Origin: Octopus sinensis
Taxonomy: Eukaryota
Direction of reading: 5' to 3'
DNA length: 64,000 bases
Assembly (NCBI RefSeq): GCF_006345805.1
Contig: NC_043013.1
Location: forward strand, 54,250,001-54,314,000
Part shown: positions 38,266 through 49,874 of the stretch, piece by piece
How the letters are laid out: each line of letters begins with the position of its first letter
Numbering within the stretch: the stretch's first letter is position 1
Position numbers and translations under genes: made by a program
Notes under the pieces: model-generated
Told to the model about the DNA's origin: nothing
The model's database searches: none
The model's input: only the letters and a program-made list of their open reading frames with translations

Positions 38266-38523
38266 ATAGGGCAGCGTTTGAGCCTTCTGATTGCCGTATT
38301 ATTTTCTTGAATCTCTTCTAGATTTGGACACTTAGCTCCATCACCAAGAGGCATTTGTAAAATTTTCCGTTTTCTTATAACATGCGATTTGTATATTACT
38401 CCATCAATAGTTTGACAACCATCACTGTAAGCTTTCCATCCCATCCATTCTGAAACTATACAGTCTTGAGGTAATACACAACTTTGGTAATCAGCATGAA
38501 CTATTCCTGTCTCCCAGCAATCT
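38266..38523 (-). CDS. THSD7: Internal coding exon of a THSD7-like (thrombospondin type-1 domain-containing 7) gene; end of one Cys-rich module plus a spondin-type TSP1 repeat
   Basis: Minus strand has acceptor tattatttttacttcag|A and donor CCT AT|gtaagt; 258 nt, phase 2-2, no stop. Peptide: DCWETGIVHADYQSCVLPQDCIVSEWMGWKAYSDGCQTIDGVIYKSHVIRKRKILQMPLGDGAKCPNLEEIQENNTAIRRLKRCP. The pattern QSC..xDCxVSEWxxW...RxRxI.QxPxG.xxCPxxEE matches my recollection of the vertebrate THSD7A segment FQSCVITKECQVSEWSEW...RTRTIRQFPIGSEKECPEFEE. TSP1 call is strong; THSD7 orthology needs BLAST confirmation. Confidence 0.85.
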
Positions 38524-40974
38524 CTGAAGTAAAAATAATATTCTTTGTTACACATTGTTTAAATGACAAATTGAAATGTAGACATGGGGTGGGAGGTGTG
38601 AAGAACAAAACAACAAACAGCACCCGTTTTTTTTTTGTTTCGTAACAAAATAAGTCTTAATTCAATATTACATATTTACACAGGTATAGATATCCATATG
38701 TGTGTGTGCATATATCTATATACATATATATATAGATATATCACATATGCTTGCATCTATATACACTTGTTTAGTATCAACATCATTTACATCTGCCTTC
38801 CTTGTTGTACATGTTTTTGCTGTGGATTGATAGAATTATAAGAATGGTGATCAGCATTTGTTCCAGCCTTTTAAGTTCTGAGTTCAGATCCTACTTAGGT
38901 TAACTTTGGCTTTCATATTTTCAGGTTGATTAAATAACATTAAGTATGGGGTGTGCTTAAATCACAAACATATCATTAATATTTTTATTATTGTTGTTGT
39001 TGCAATCATCAACATTATATGTACACATAGTCATCTGTGTTGGTGGCCCAACAAGACCACAGCCTTTGCCTAAAACAAGTAATATATATGTGTATATATG
39101 TGCATGCAAACTCTAAGTCTCACCAACTGACTACAATGGACATCACTAGTGAGGTCTAATAAGCCTGAAACATGTTCACTACTTTCATTAGTTTACTTGA
39201 TAAACAAGATCCATTCTCAGAATCTATTTCCTATATATTTTCAAAATTTCCATTAAATGATTTTGTTGTAGTTGTTTTTTCTTCTTGTCCTTCAATCTTA
39301 AACACAACTAGAAGAATTTCTTATTTACCAATGATTCAGTTAGTGCCAGTTACTTGAGGTTGCATATAAGGCTGTAAGAATGTGTATGGGATGCTTTTTA
39401 AAATTCGTTGGTGTTTTTGTTGCATCATTTTCCATAGAAAATAAAGTAAATATTTAAACTTGCTGCAGATGACAAACATGTATTCCAGGTACGTTGATCA
39501 AATGTTGATTAATTTTTTGTTTTTCATCTATTTTTTTATGACTTCCATCAAGAACAAGAAAATATACCCACATTCAACCCTATATGGGATACATTTCCTT
39601 CTTTTCTATTTTGAAATGCTGTAGATGATCTAGAGCTTGTGCTTTTCTTTCAAACTTAGAATATTCACAGCAAGAGTGCAATGAAAAAGAACACAATAAT
39701 TCACAAAAGTAAACATGAGAATGTCAGGAAAAGAAAGGAGAACAGGGGGAACGAAACAGTAAATTGGTGAATAAACAAACAAGATATAGAGGCATCAGGC
39801 TGTTTGGAATCTAAAACTGGAATAAATGATTTTTGTGAAACGATTGTAAGAGAGCCTTTCATTGGAACTTAGAAAATTATACATTTCAGGGATTTGTATA
39901 CCTCCCAGTGACAGCTGGAACATAATTAATTAAATATAATTAAATGGACCAGCTTTGATATGATCAATGTTAAAAGAAGAAAAGAAATATAAATGTTAGA
40001 AGATGGGTTTAGTTTTAACTTGACTTTAGGTTTATTTCTGTAATGTGGTGAATTGGCAGTCTGTTCCAATGCTCTGTGCCCTGAGTTCTAATCCAGCCTC
40101 TCATCCTTTTCTGGATAATTAAGAAGTCTCAACGAGAATGGCAGATTGATGGAACTATAAGAATGTCAGACTAGATCCTTTGCAGTATTAATTTTGGCTG
40201 TTGGTCTCTGTGGGTGATAGATATTCTCTGTTGCCCAGTTTAACGTCTCTAACCTAATCTACCTTTAGGGGAATTCATTCTGTAGCAATCATTTGTTCTC
40301 AGTCTTCAACTTGAGGATAACTTCATTAACCCCTGGTCTTAGAGGCCCTGTGCAGGGTCACAGGTAGTGGCTTCCCTCCTAATTAAATATTGAAAACAAA
40401 ATTTCTAAAATTGGACTTTTTTCTGAGTTAACTTTTTGAAAACATTAAACCAATGATTTCCACATGAAAAATGTGGTAGTAAGAATTTGTAGATAAGCTA
40501 GAGTTTAAGTGCTAAGTTCACAATTTAAAATATTCAATCTACACTAGACGATGAGCATTTCTCTTTTGCTAAGACGGGGGTGGGTGGCTAGGGGGTGGGG
40601 AGAAAAAGAATTATCAAAACAAAGAAACAAAATAGAAATTAATAAATACTGAATCTTGGAATATTTTTATTTTATTTAATATCTAGAAAATGAGACTAAT
40701 CTCTGAACCAAGAATCTTTTAAAGTCTTAAAATTTTTAAAAAAGACAAATTATATTTAAAAGTTGTCTTAATCTTCAAAGTTCTACTTTCCCTCTATTCA
40801 TTTAGCATTATTTGTGCAATGAAATGTAAAAAAAAAAGAAAATTATAAACTTTTATGAAGCTTGGTTTTGACAGGAATAATAAAAGCTCCAGTATTATTC
40901 ATAATATTTGATAGTGGTTTCACTTATGGCATAGTTAAAACTTTAACTTGTGATCATTTATAATCGAAAGAGCA

Positions 40975-41093
40975 CATATATGTGGGTTAGGTGGATGTGT
41001 ATATCTTTCTGTGGATGTACATACACACACACACACACACACACACATATTTGTGTGATTTTATGTATATGCATGAATATATGTAGCCATGTA

Positions 41094-41150
<57 letters not shown>

Positions 41151-41348
41151 CTTGTGTATACTCTCACACACATATGCATATATAATCATCATGAATGATA
41201 TATATATATATATAATATATATGCACACACATATATATATGCACACGCATGTACACACACACATATATATACACTTACATATAAATATATATATATATAT
41301 ATATACATTTATACACACATAGATGTATACATACATAAATAGACACAT

Positions 41349-41388
<40 letters not shown>

Positions 41389-41433
41389 GTATATATGTAT
41401 ATACATACATATATGTAGGTACGTACACACACA

Positions 41434-41485
<52 letters not shown>
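40975..41485. repeat. Large compound (CA)n/(TA)n microsatellite region
   Basis: Seen directly; source of six spurious ORFs. Confidence 0.95.
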
Positions 41486-41486
<1 letters not shown>

Positions 41487-41835
41487 ATCATAGTCAGAGA
41501 TAATTTCCCCTCAGCAAAAGAAAAAAGTTACAATAAAACCGTCTGAAATGTGTTGCCGTGCATTTAAGAGACATAGATGGATAAAAAAGAAGTTTTCAGA
41601 TAAATAATTGCAGATATTTTTAGTCGTCAAAATACTGGAACACTTCCATCTGTTGCTTATCTTTCTTCATATATTTTTTATGGTTCCTAGCAGGAAATTA
41701 TGGAGAAGCTACTATCACATATATAATATTGATTTCACTACACTAAATACTTGTAAAATAGAAGCAGATACAAGATGAAAAATTTAAATTACTTTTTCAA
41801 TTTTACTGCTTATAAGTTTTATTTAATTATTGTAA

Positions 41836-41881
41836 TTATTTATTATTATTATTATTATTATCATTATTATCATTATCATCA

Positions 41882-41928
<47 letters not shown>

Positions 41929-42090
41929 ACTTTGCAGCTTTATGTACTGAGTTCTAATTACACTAAGGTTGACTTTGCCTTTCATACTTTTCAGGTTAAA
42001 AATAAAATTACCGATTGAGCAGTACAATATAAATGACTTAAACCTCGCTCTCAAAAAATTTCAGGCTTTGTGCCTATAGTAGAAAAGATC
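41836..42090 (+). mobile_element. (ATT)n tract followed by a degraded SINE family B body
   Basis: ctgagttctaattacactaaggttgactttgcctttcatacttttcagg...tcaggctttgtgcctatagtagaaaagat. Confidence 0.65.
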
Positions 42091-45000
42091 ATCATCATCA
42101 TCATCATTCTGCTGAGGTCAATTTGGCCTTCCGTCCATTTGGAGTCAATGAAATAAGTACCTGCTATGCACCAATACAAAGCAGGTATATGATAACACTT
42201 GCAATCAGTTGAGATCAGAAGCCATGAGAGTCACATGAGAGACTGTGTCCAAGTTTATTATTATATGAAGTTATTTCTGAAGGCTGAATACAAGAATCAA
42301 ATAATAAAAGTTTGGCCTGCTGCTGGTCAAGCAGAACAGTATGCTTTGTTCAGCCATTTATGAAGAAATAGCAGTTTTAAATATGACAGCCACTTCCTAT
42401 AGCCACGTAATAGTAACCAAGGACAGATATCAAATCTAAATGCTGCCGTTCACGGCTTTACGAAAATGTTCATCTTTTTGTGTTTTCAAGTTCAAATTAC
42501 AAACGGTTTCTCCTACATTCCATTCATTTAAGAAACAGATGTAACAAAAATCTGAACTGAATATAAATATGTTGATTGCACAACAGATATTTGTGACAAT
42601 GCTCTACTTCAATTGATAGTGAATGGAATAAACCAATACTGGAAGCAGTAAAACAAAAATGGTCCATAGTTCTTTTTATTACACTCATAAAACAACTTGA
42701 AATGTAGTATTTCAATATTATGTTTTAGAATATAATGTTAATATTTTCCATTATATGAAAATAAAATACTCTTGATAGCAAAGTTATTAACTCAATAAAA
42801 TGTAGTATCACTAGATAAGATAATAACGATGCAGTTTTGGGTTTTGAAGTTTAGAATCCAAATGCTAAAGTGATGCTAATTATATACTTAAGATTTCTTT
42901 TTTAATCAGTCAGTGTGAAGTAAAATCTTTGACCTTTTTTCTTAGTGCCTCTAAGACTAATGGGTGGAAATGGGAAGTTTTTCTCAGACCAGAGCTCTGC
43001 TCTGTATACTTCTGGGAGAATCATCAGCTTTGCTAAAAATACTGAAGGACTGGGTGGTGGTGGTGTTAAACTGGTTGATAGAGTGAACTTTGTTAAAGAC
43101 ACCCAAAAATTAGGCTGTGATGTTAAACTGAGTGTGTGTGAGGGCTTCGCTAAAGGTACCACCAGGTGTTGGTGCTGTTCAACTTGGTACTTACATAATA
43201 TACATATGTATGCACATATAAGTTTGTATATGTATGCATATATATGTGTGTTTATTGCCCCTCTGCCATTATGGGCAAGGCTGAGAGCATGGACCTAAAA
43301 GTGATGATGATATGGCATGTGAAGCCAGTTTCCGACACCCTAACTTTACTCATAAGGCATTGGGTCACCTCCAGACTATGGTGACATGAACCAAGAACCA
43401 TGTGGCTTGGAATCAACTGAACATTTCTTTATGCCTCTACCTTTTATAAATTCCAGTTCTTTATAATATTTATTCAAGAACTTTTGATAATCACTATAAC
43501 TTTTTTTTTTTTACAGACATTTTTCTATATCATAAACGTATGACAATATATCCACCAGTTGAGTATTGCTAAATATCATTCTCTTAGTTGTTTGTAATTT
43601 GTTTCAAAAGCAAGTCTTTCAACAGTTTTATTCTTTCTATAACACAGAAATCGATAAAACTCAATATATGTGCAAGTATACATTTATCTACATCAGGGAT
43701 TAACTTTGAAGTAGAATTTTAAAAAAAGACACAAATTAGCATAAATCAGAGAAAAAAAGTACTGATTTAAAATGAATGAATTTTAGGAAATATAGGTATA
43801 ATATATATAATTACAAATTTTCTGAAAGATTCTAAATTTCCAATGTAATTTTGGCTCTTCTAATATGAAAATTTGCTATAACATAATATATAATATTAAC
43901 AAATTCAGTGTGCATTTTCTTCTAAAACCTGATTTTAAGTTCAACAATATTAGTTTCAACAACAAACACCCTTACAAAAACATTCATCTATTACTTCTCA
44001 AAACTCTTTCATAACATTCATAGAATTTATATTTTAAAATTTATTAATTTCGTAAAAGGAATATAGCTTTCTACCTTCAATAAAAAGAACTGTTAATGAA
44101 ATTCTTTGAAATGAACAGTGAAGTATTTGAAAATTCTGAGTTTGAACCAAGGATATCGGCATTTAAAAATTATATTAAAATACCAGATGTAGAATCGCTT
44201 TTCTTTGCAGAGCTCAAATCTAATGATGCAATTCTTGATTAACAGTTTTGTTATACTTTTTAATCTGTTATTTGAATTTCAGAGAAAACATAATTCATAC
44301 AATAAATATCTTAGATTTTGCTGCAAATATGTTTTTAAAATATTTCAGTAAAAGCAGCCTTTAACATTTCATTCCTGGTTCATAGAAATTTGAAAGAGAG
44401 AAAAATTTCAGCATTGTAAAAAGCTATATGCCATGGCTGAAGCATTTCATAAACCTCTCTGGCATTTTGTCATGATTGTCTGAACTAAAAGTAGTTTATT
44501 ACATAAATTGACAAGCATTTTCTCCAAAATATATTGCAACTTTTCCTATCTTGTGACAGGACTATATTTCTAAGGATGGCATATACATTTTGGTTATAAT
44601 TTGAATTATTGTAAGAGCAAAATAAGTTATCTGCAAAAAGATTGCAATAAGATTTGAAATGGAAACCGGCCTTTGAAGAAACAATTTGTTAGAATCATAA
44701 GATCTTAGGTTGACTGAAAATATTAATATAATAGCAGACATTCAGAGTGAGTAGTTTTATTTCAAGAATTTATTTCTAAGAATCAACTAATGCAACAATA
44801 GTTTCTCTTGATGTACCGTAATAATGATTCAATATTGAATAATAGCATCTGATTGATATGGCATGAAAATGGCATCATCATCTGAAATTACTTTCATTTA
44901 CTTCTAATAAAATCCTGTGTTCTTGTGTCAAAAGGTTGAAGATTATGGAATTAAAACAAAATGACTAACTTATCTAAGATTATTTTAATGAAAGGTGCAT

Positions 45001-46189
45001 GAAAGAAGAATGATTACTCAAGTGAGAATTGAACCCCAACTTCGAATTAGGTATATGCAAAACCTCCTGTTCTAGTAATGTTGGTATGATTGCATCTTCA
45101 GCTGAAACTTCTGCTACTTGAATCAGTAAAACATGGACAAGGATGGGTGAGTTAGGGGTTTCAATATAGTAGTACTGGGTGTATTCTTTCATTGTTATTT
45201 TATTATCATTGATAAAGATGATGAGAAAACCAAATATCGTAGTATGAATACATGTATGTAAAAGATACAGTCAAATGCAGTATAGGATAGGATGCGTGTG
45301 TGAGTTTGGAAAATATATTGGAAATGTCAGACACGTTCAGTTTCTACTTTTAATGAATAATTTTCAGTGAATTGTACTAGTTCTTATTAGAAGAGATCAT
45401 AAGATGATGCATTGAAATATCTATTTTACAGTTTGTTATATTCCAATAGGAAGAATTAAATAATTTTCTGCAGAATAGCAATATTTATAAACTAATTATG
45501 TGTTAAGTCTTCAGTCTCGATACAATTAGATGCATTCTTTGAGCAATTTGTAATCATTTTTACAGCAATCGAAAGGAATGATGACGACAACTGTCTACAC
45601 TTGAGCATCTCCCTAAGTGTAACGAATGAAAATTACTTATTTTTAATTTGGAAGACGTTTTAAACAAGTAAATATTTACTTATTTGTTTGTCTTACCTCA
45701 CCTCACAAGTTTATATTTTTCAGTGTGTGTGTGTGTGTGTGTGAGTGACCAAATAATTAAAACTAACCTAACTGAGGAATAATTATTTTGCATTTGTAAT
45801 AACTTATGACTTCTGAAATTATGTTAATCCACAAAAAGAAACCATTTGTAACAACATGGGTATCAGTATTTCAAATGTTAGTTTAGTTAAGTATCATATA
45901 GGTGTATGGCCAATTAACTTTCAGAATGAAATACAGGTAGATCATAGAGAATGTTAAATATTTAATTTTAGAGGCAGCGGCTGATACTAATTAGTAAAGT
46001 TCTTAATTTATCTGGGCTATTTAACTGGATATAATATTTCAGCTATAATGGGACAAGAATTAATTTTTCTGTTCTGTGGCTTATCTTCTTGCCAGGGACG
46101 ATAAAATAAAAGAGTTACTGGGGTGGAAATATTCAGTTTTATTTGTGCCCTTATTTCTATGCTAGAAATAATAATAATAATAATAAATG

Positions 46190-46695
46190 CCATGATGTAG
46201 TATCTGGCAGTGGCTCACATGGCTTCTGATCTTAACTGATTGGAAGTGTTATCATGTACATGGGCTGCAGGAAATAAAGATTTGTTTCACCTCAATCAGT
46301 TGACCATGTCTCTAAGTGGCTGACAATATGTGCATCACTAATCATGAGAAGAAGTAGTGGGGGAACAACACAGCTCAGTGTTGAGAGGATATTCTTTGGG
46401 GTTTTAATAATTCCCCTCTGAAAACATGGGTGTTTTGTTCGTTTTCCTTAAACAAACTTTATTCAGCGACCTTTGGAGTGGGATGGGATGCTCAACCTGA
46501 AAAGTGATTTTAACTGAGCCCTGCTTGCAAGGTCAGGAGCTGTTTATCATATGAGATCACCATGTCATGTATACATAGTTGTGATACATGGTGCCTGATG
46601 TACTCTTTTCAGATGGGTAGTCATGATGGTGGTATGTTATTCTTCGTATATTTGTGCCCAAGTTTCACTTAGGTGGCATGTGCTGCTCTCTGGTT
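46190..46695 (+). mobile_element. Copy of the ~500-bp (TAA)-flanked element
   Basis: Reverse complement of 23410-23935; (TAA)n before and aataataa after. Confidence 0.75.
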
Positions 46696-46742
46696 CAATA
46701 ATAAAATTATTATTTAATCCATTATTATTATTATTATTAAGT

Positions 46743-47008
46743 GAGAGAGCAATGCATGCCATCAAAGTGACACTGGGGTAAAATATACGAAGCCATCATG
46801 ACTACCCGTCTGATAAGGGTACACCAGGCACATGGATCACAACCATATGTGTGCGACATGGTGATCTCATATCAAGATAAACAGCACATGACCTTGCAGG
46901 TGGGGCCCAGTTAGAGTTTTCTTCTGGTTGAGTAACCCATTCTGCTCAAAAGGTCCCTGAATAAGGGTTGTTTAAGGATGTTGAATGAAACACCCATGTT
47001 TCCAGAGG
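46743..47008 (-). mobile_element. Truncated inverted copy of the same element, between (ATT)n tracts
   Basis: gagagagcaatgcatgccatcaaagtgacactgggg...cacccatgtttccagagg. Confidence 0.8.
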
Positions 47009-47034
47009 TATTATTATCATTATTATTATTATTA

Positions 47035-47087
<53 letters not shown>

Positions 47088-47454
47088 TAATATTCTCTTT
47101 ATGTAGTTTCCTTAACCATTTAGGTAGATGCTGCTGAAATGCTTTTTTAAATTTCTGTTGGGAGAGTGGAATTCAGAAGAAGGATTGAGCTTGTTATGTG
47201 TTTAATATGTTGTTTGGCAAGTAAGATAAAGAAAGAATGAGAGATGGGTGCATCATGTGATGCACCTACAAATAACTGATTGATGAGGGTAGAAGCTGTT
47301 ATCGTAACCAAAGAAAGAAGAAGATAATATAATGCATTGAGAAGTTTTGGTAGCTGTGCTTTGGTGTTGATTGAAATCTTTCAATTGGCTGGATATCAAT
47401 GAGATGTCATCAGCAGGTTGTGAATTATCTGAATGTCATTGAGTTAGATATTCT

Positions 47455-47655
47455 TTTCTACTCTAGGCACAAGGTCCGAAATTTTTTAGGGAGGGGGCCA
47501 GTCGATTAGATCAACCCTAGTATGCAACTGGTACTTAATTTATTGACCCTGAAAGGATGAAAGGTAAAGTTGACCTCGGCGGAATTTGAACTCAGAACGA
47601 AATACTGCTAAGCATTTTGCTCAGCATGCTAATGTTTCTGCTTGCTCGCTGCCTT
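47455..47655 (-). mobile_element. SINE family B
   Basis: gaaaggatgaaaggtaaagttgacctcggcggaatttgaactcagaacg. Confidence 0.82.
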
Positions 47656-48061
47656 GTCAGTGAGTTAAATATTATAAACAGCTCATCAATTAGCTGAATG
47701 TCAATAAGTTAAATAATATAAGCAGTTTGGATGTCAACAAGTTAAATGACATATACTTTTCATTTTATCCATTCTTTCTGTTTTAAGATTATAAGTTTTG
47801 ATTTGAGGAAGATTCTGCTGCTATTTCTAGCTAAGCAATCACATATAGGTTTCTTAATTCACTGAAATTTTAAACTGTAATTCCCATAGATATATGTTGC
47901 ATGCTGTCCAGTGTAAGTATTGATCAGAAAATTGTAATAAATATAAATGTAAGATCTGAAACTCAAGGAAGCTAATACAGCTCCAACTTACAGACTAGAA
48001 AAAGACAAACAAACAAAAACTTAGATGTGATTATTTCCTCTGAAGTGCATAAATTCTCCCT

Positions 48062-48092
<31 letters not shown>

Positions 48093-48959
48093 GCTGCCAT
48101 GATAGCAATGTCCAGCAATCAACAAACACATCAATATAGTTCTGTATCAGCAAAAATTAATCCATCAACATTTGTAGATTACAGAGAAGAGGAAAGAAAT
48201 TTACAAGGAATTAATTTTGTGTGCAGAGTGAAATATCCAGTGTTTGGGAAACTTATCCTTCTTCAGTGAGAAACTATAAGTTTTATGTCTTTCTTTGCTT
48301 GTATTTTTCTCTTCTATATTCTGTTTCTTTTATTTCTCATCACTTCTTTATATTGTGGTGAAAGTCTTTTAGAACACAATTTTGATTCCATGATAAAGTC
48401 AGTTCCACTCTACAGGATTTTCATTATGTCCTTCAGAATTAACAATTGCATTTCAGACCCTTAATTTCACTCTTTTGGCATTTCTGCTCCTATATCCAAT
48501 ATGCACACTCAAACTTTTCTTCCATGATCTATCAATATCCTCTCTCTCTCTCTCACACATACCCACACAAACATCTCTCTGCAAACATGGGCTGAATTTA
48601 TTCTTACAAGTCAATTATTTATTTAAAGCTGAATCTATGCTGTCCCCTTTGCTAATTGTCCATCTCTAAAGTAACGGTGGACAGTTTACAGTTAGTCAAA
48701 CAAACTTGTTCAAGTGGAATAATGTCACGTTTAGGGTAACAACACCATGGTTTTTAGTAACGTTTGAACTTCTACCTGTGCGATTCATGGATCCACATTG
48801 GGTGTGTGTATGTGTGTGAGTGTATATCCCTTCAAATAATATCTATTTGTTGTGCCTTCATCACTGTCTCATTTTAGTTGTCATGGTGAACATGTTAGAA
48901 GTAATTCACATATACACCTCCCATGTCTTTTAGTAGAATCAACAAAAATAATTTATGTA

Positions 48960-49385
48960 TAGGTGCAAGCGTGTTTGTGTGGTAAAAAGCTTGCTTCCCA
49001 ACCACATGGTTCTGGGTTCAGTCCCACAGCATGGCACCCTGGGCAAGTGTCTTCTACCATAGCCTCAGGCAGATTAAAGCCTTGTGAGTGGATTCAGCAG
49101 ACAGAAACTGAAAGAAGCCCATCCTTTTACATATTAGATATCTTTGCGCCTGGGAGTGTCTGCATTTGTCCTCCACCACTACTTGAAAACTGGTGTTGGT
49201 TTATTTACTTCCCTATAACATAGTTGTTTGGCAAAAAAAAACAGACAGACTAACTATCAGGCTTCAAATGATAACAAGTACAGTTTCCGTTCAACAGGTA
49301 CAATCTTCATTCAACTAAAATTCTTCAAGGCTCTGCCCCAGCATGGCCAAAGTCTAATGACTGAAACAGATAAAGCATAAAAGAT
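48960..49385 (+). mobile_element. SINE family A1
   Basis: gtgtggtaaaaagcttgcttcccaaccacatggttctgggttcagtccc...ccagcatggccaaagtctaatgactgaaac. Confidence 0.8.
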
Positions 49386-49640
49386 ATGAAATATCTAAAA
49401 TATCCTTTTTATGATGTAAGTGTATCTAAGGGCTTTGAATAACATGAAAGACATGCACACATTTGAAAATGCATATTTGAAGATGTACAAATATTCATAT
49501 ATATATATATACACATACACATGTAACACACAGATTCACAGACATATCAATATGTTTGTATGGAATGTCAGAAACACAGTATGGATTTGTAACCAAAAAT
49601 GTAGTGTTGTTAGGTACATTTTCTAGTCAGAAAAACCAAT

Positions 49641-49874
49641 CTGTTTCTTTATTACCCTCAAGGGGCTAAACACAGAGAGGACAAACAAGGACAGACCAAA
49701 GGATTAAATCGATTACATCGACCCCAGTGCGTAACTGGTGCTTAATTTATCAACCCCAAAAAGGATGAAAGGCAAAGTCGACCTCGGCGGAATTCGAACT
49801 CAGAATGTAAGGGCAGACAAAATACGGCTAAACATTTCACCCGGCGTTTTAACAGTTCTGCCAGCTGGCCGCCT
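49641..49874 (-). mobile_element. SINE family B, full length
   Basis: Same tail type as the 625-840 copy; intact A-box ggcggccagctggcagaa and B-box gttcgaattcc on the minus strand. Confidence 0.88.

Noticed and set aside
43500-45200. Microsatellite-free AT-rich stretch with a 70-aa minus ORF, suspected transposase relic
   Set aside because: I could not recover any convincing DDE, BED or hAT motif by eye.
48027-48269. ORF with a Kozak-like gccATG after a (CT)n tract
   Set aside because: Short, antisense to the host gene, no domain and no supporting splice or poly(A) structure.
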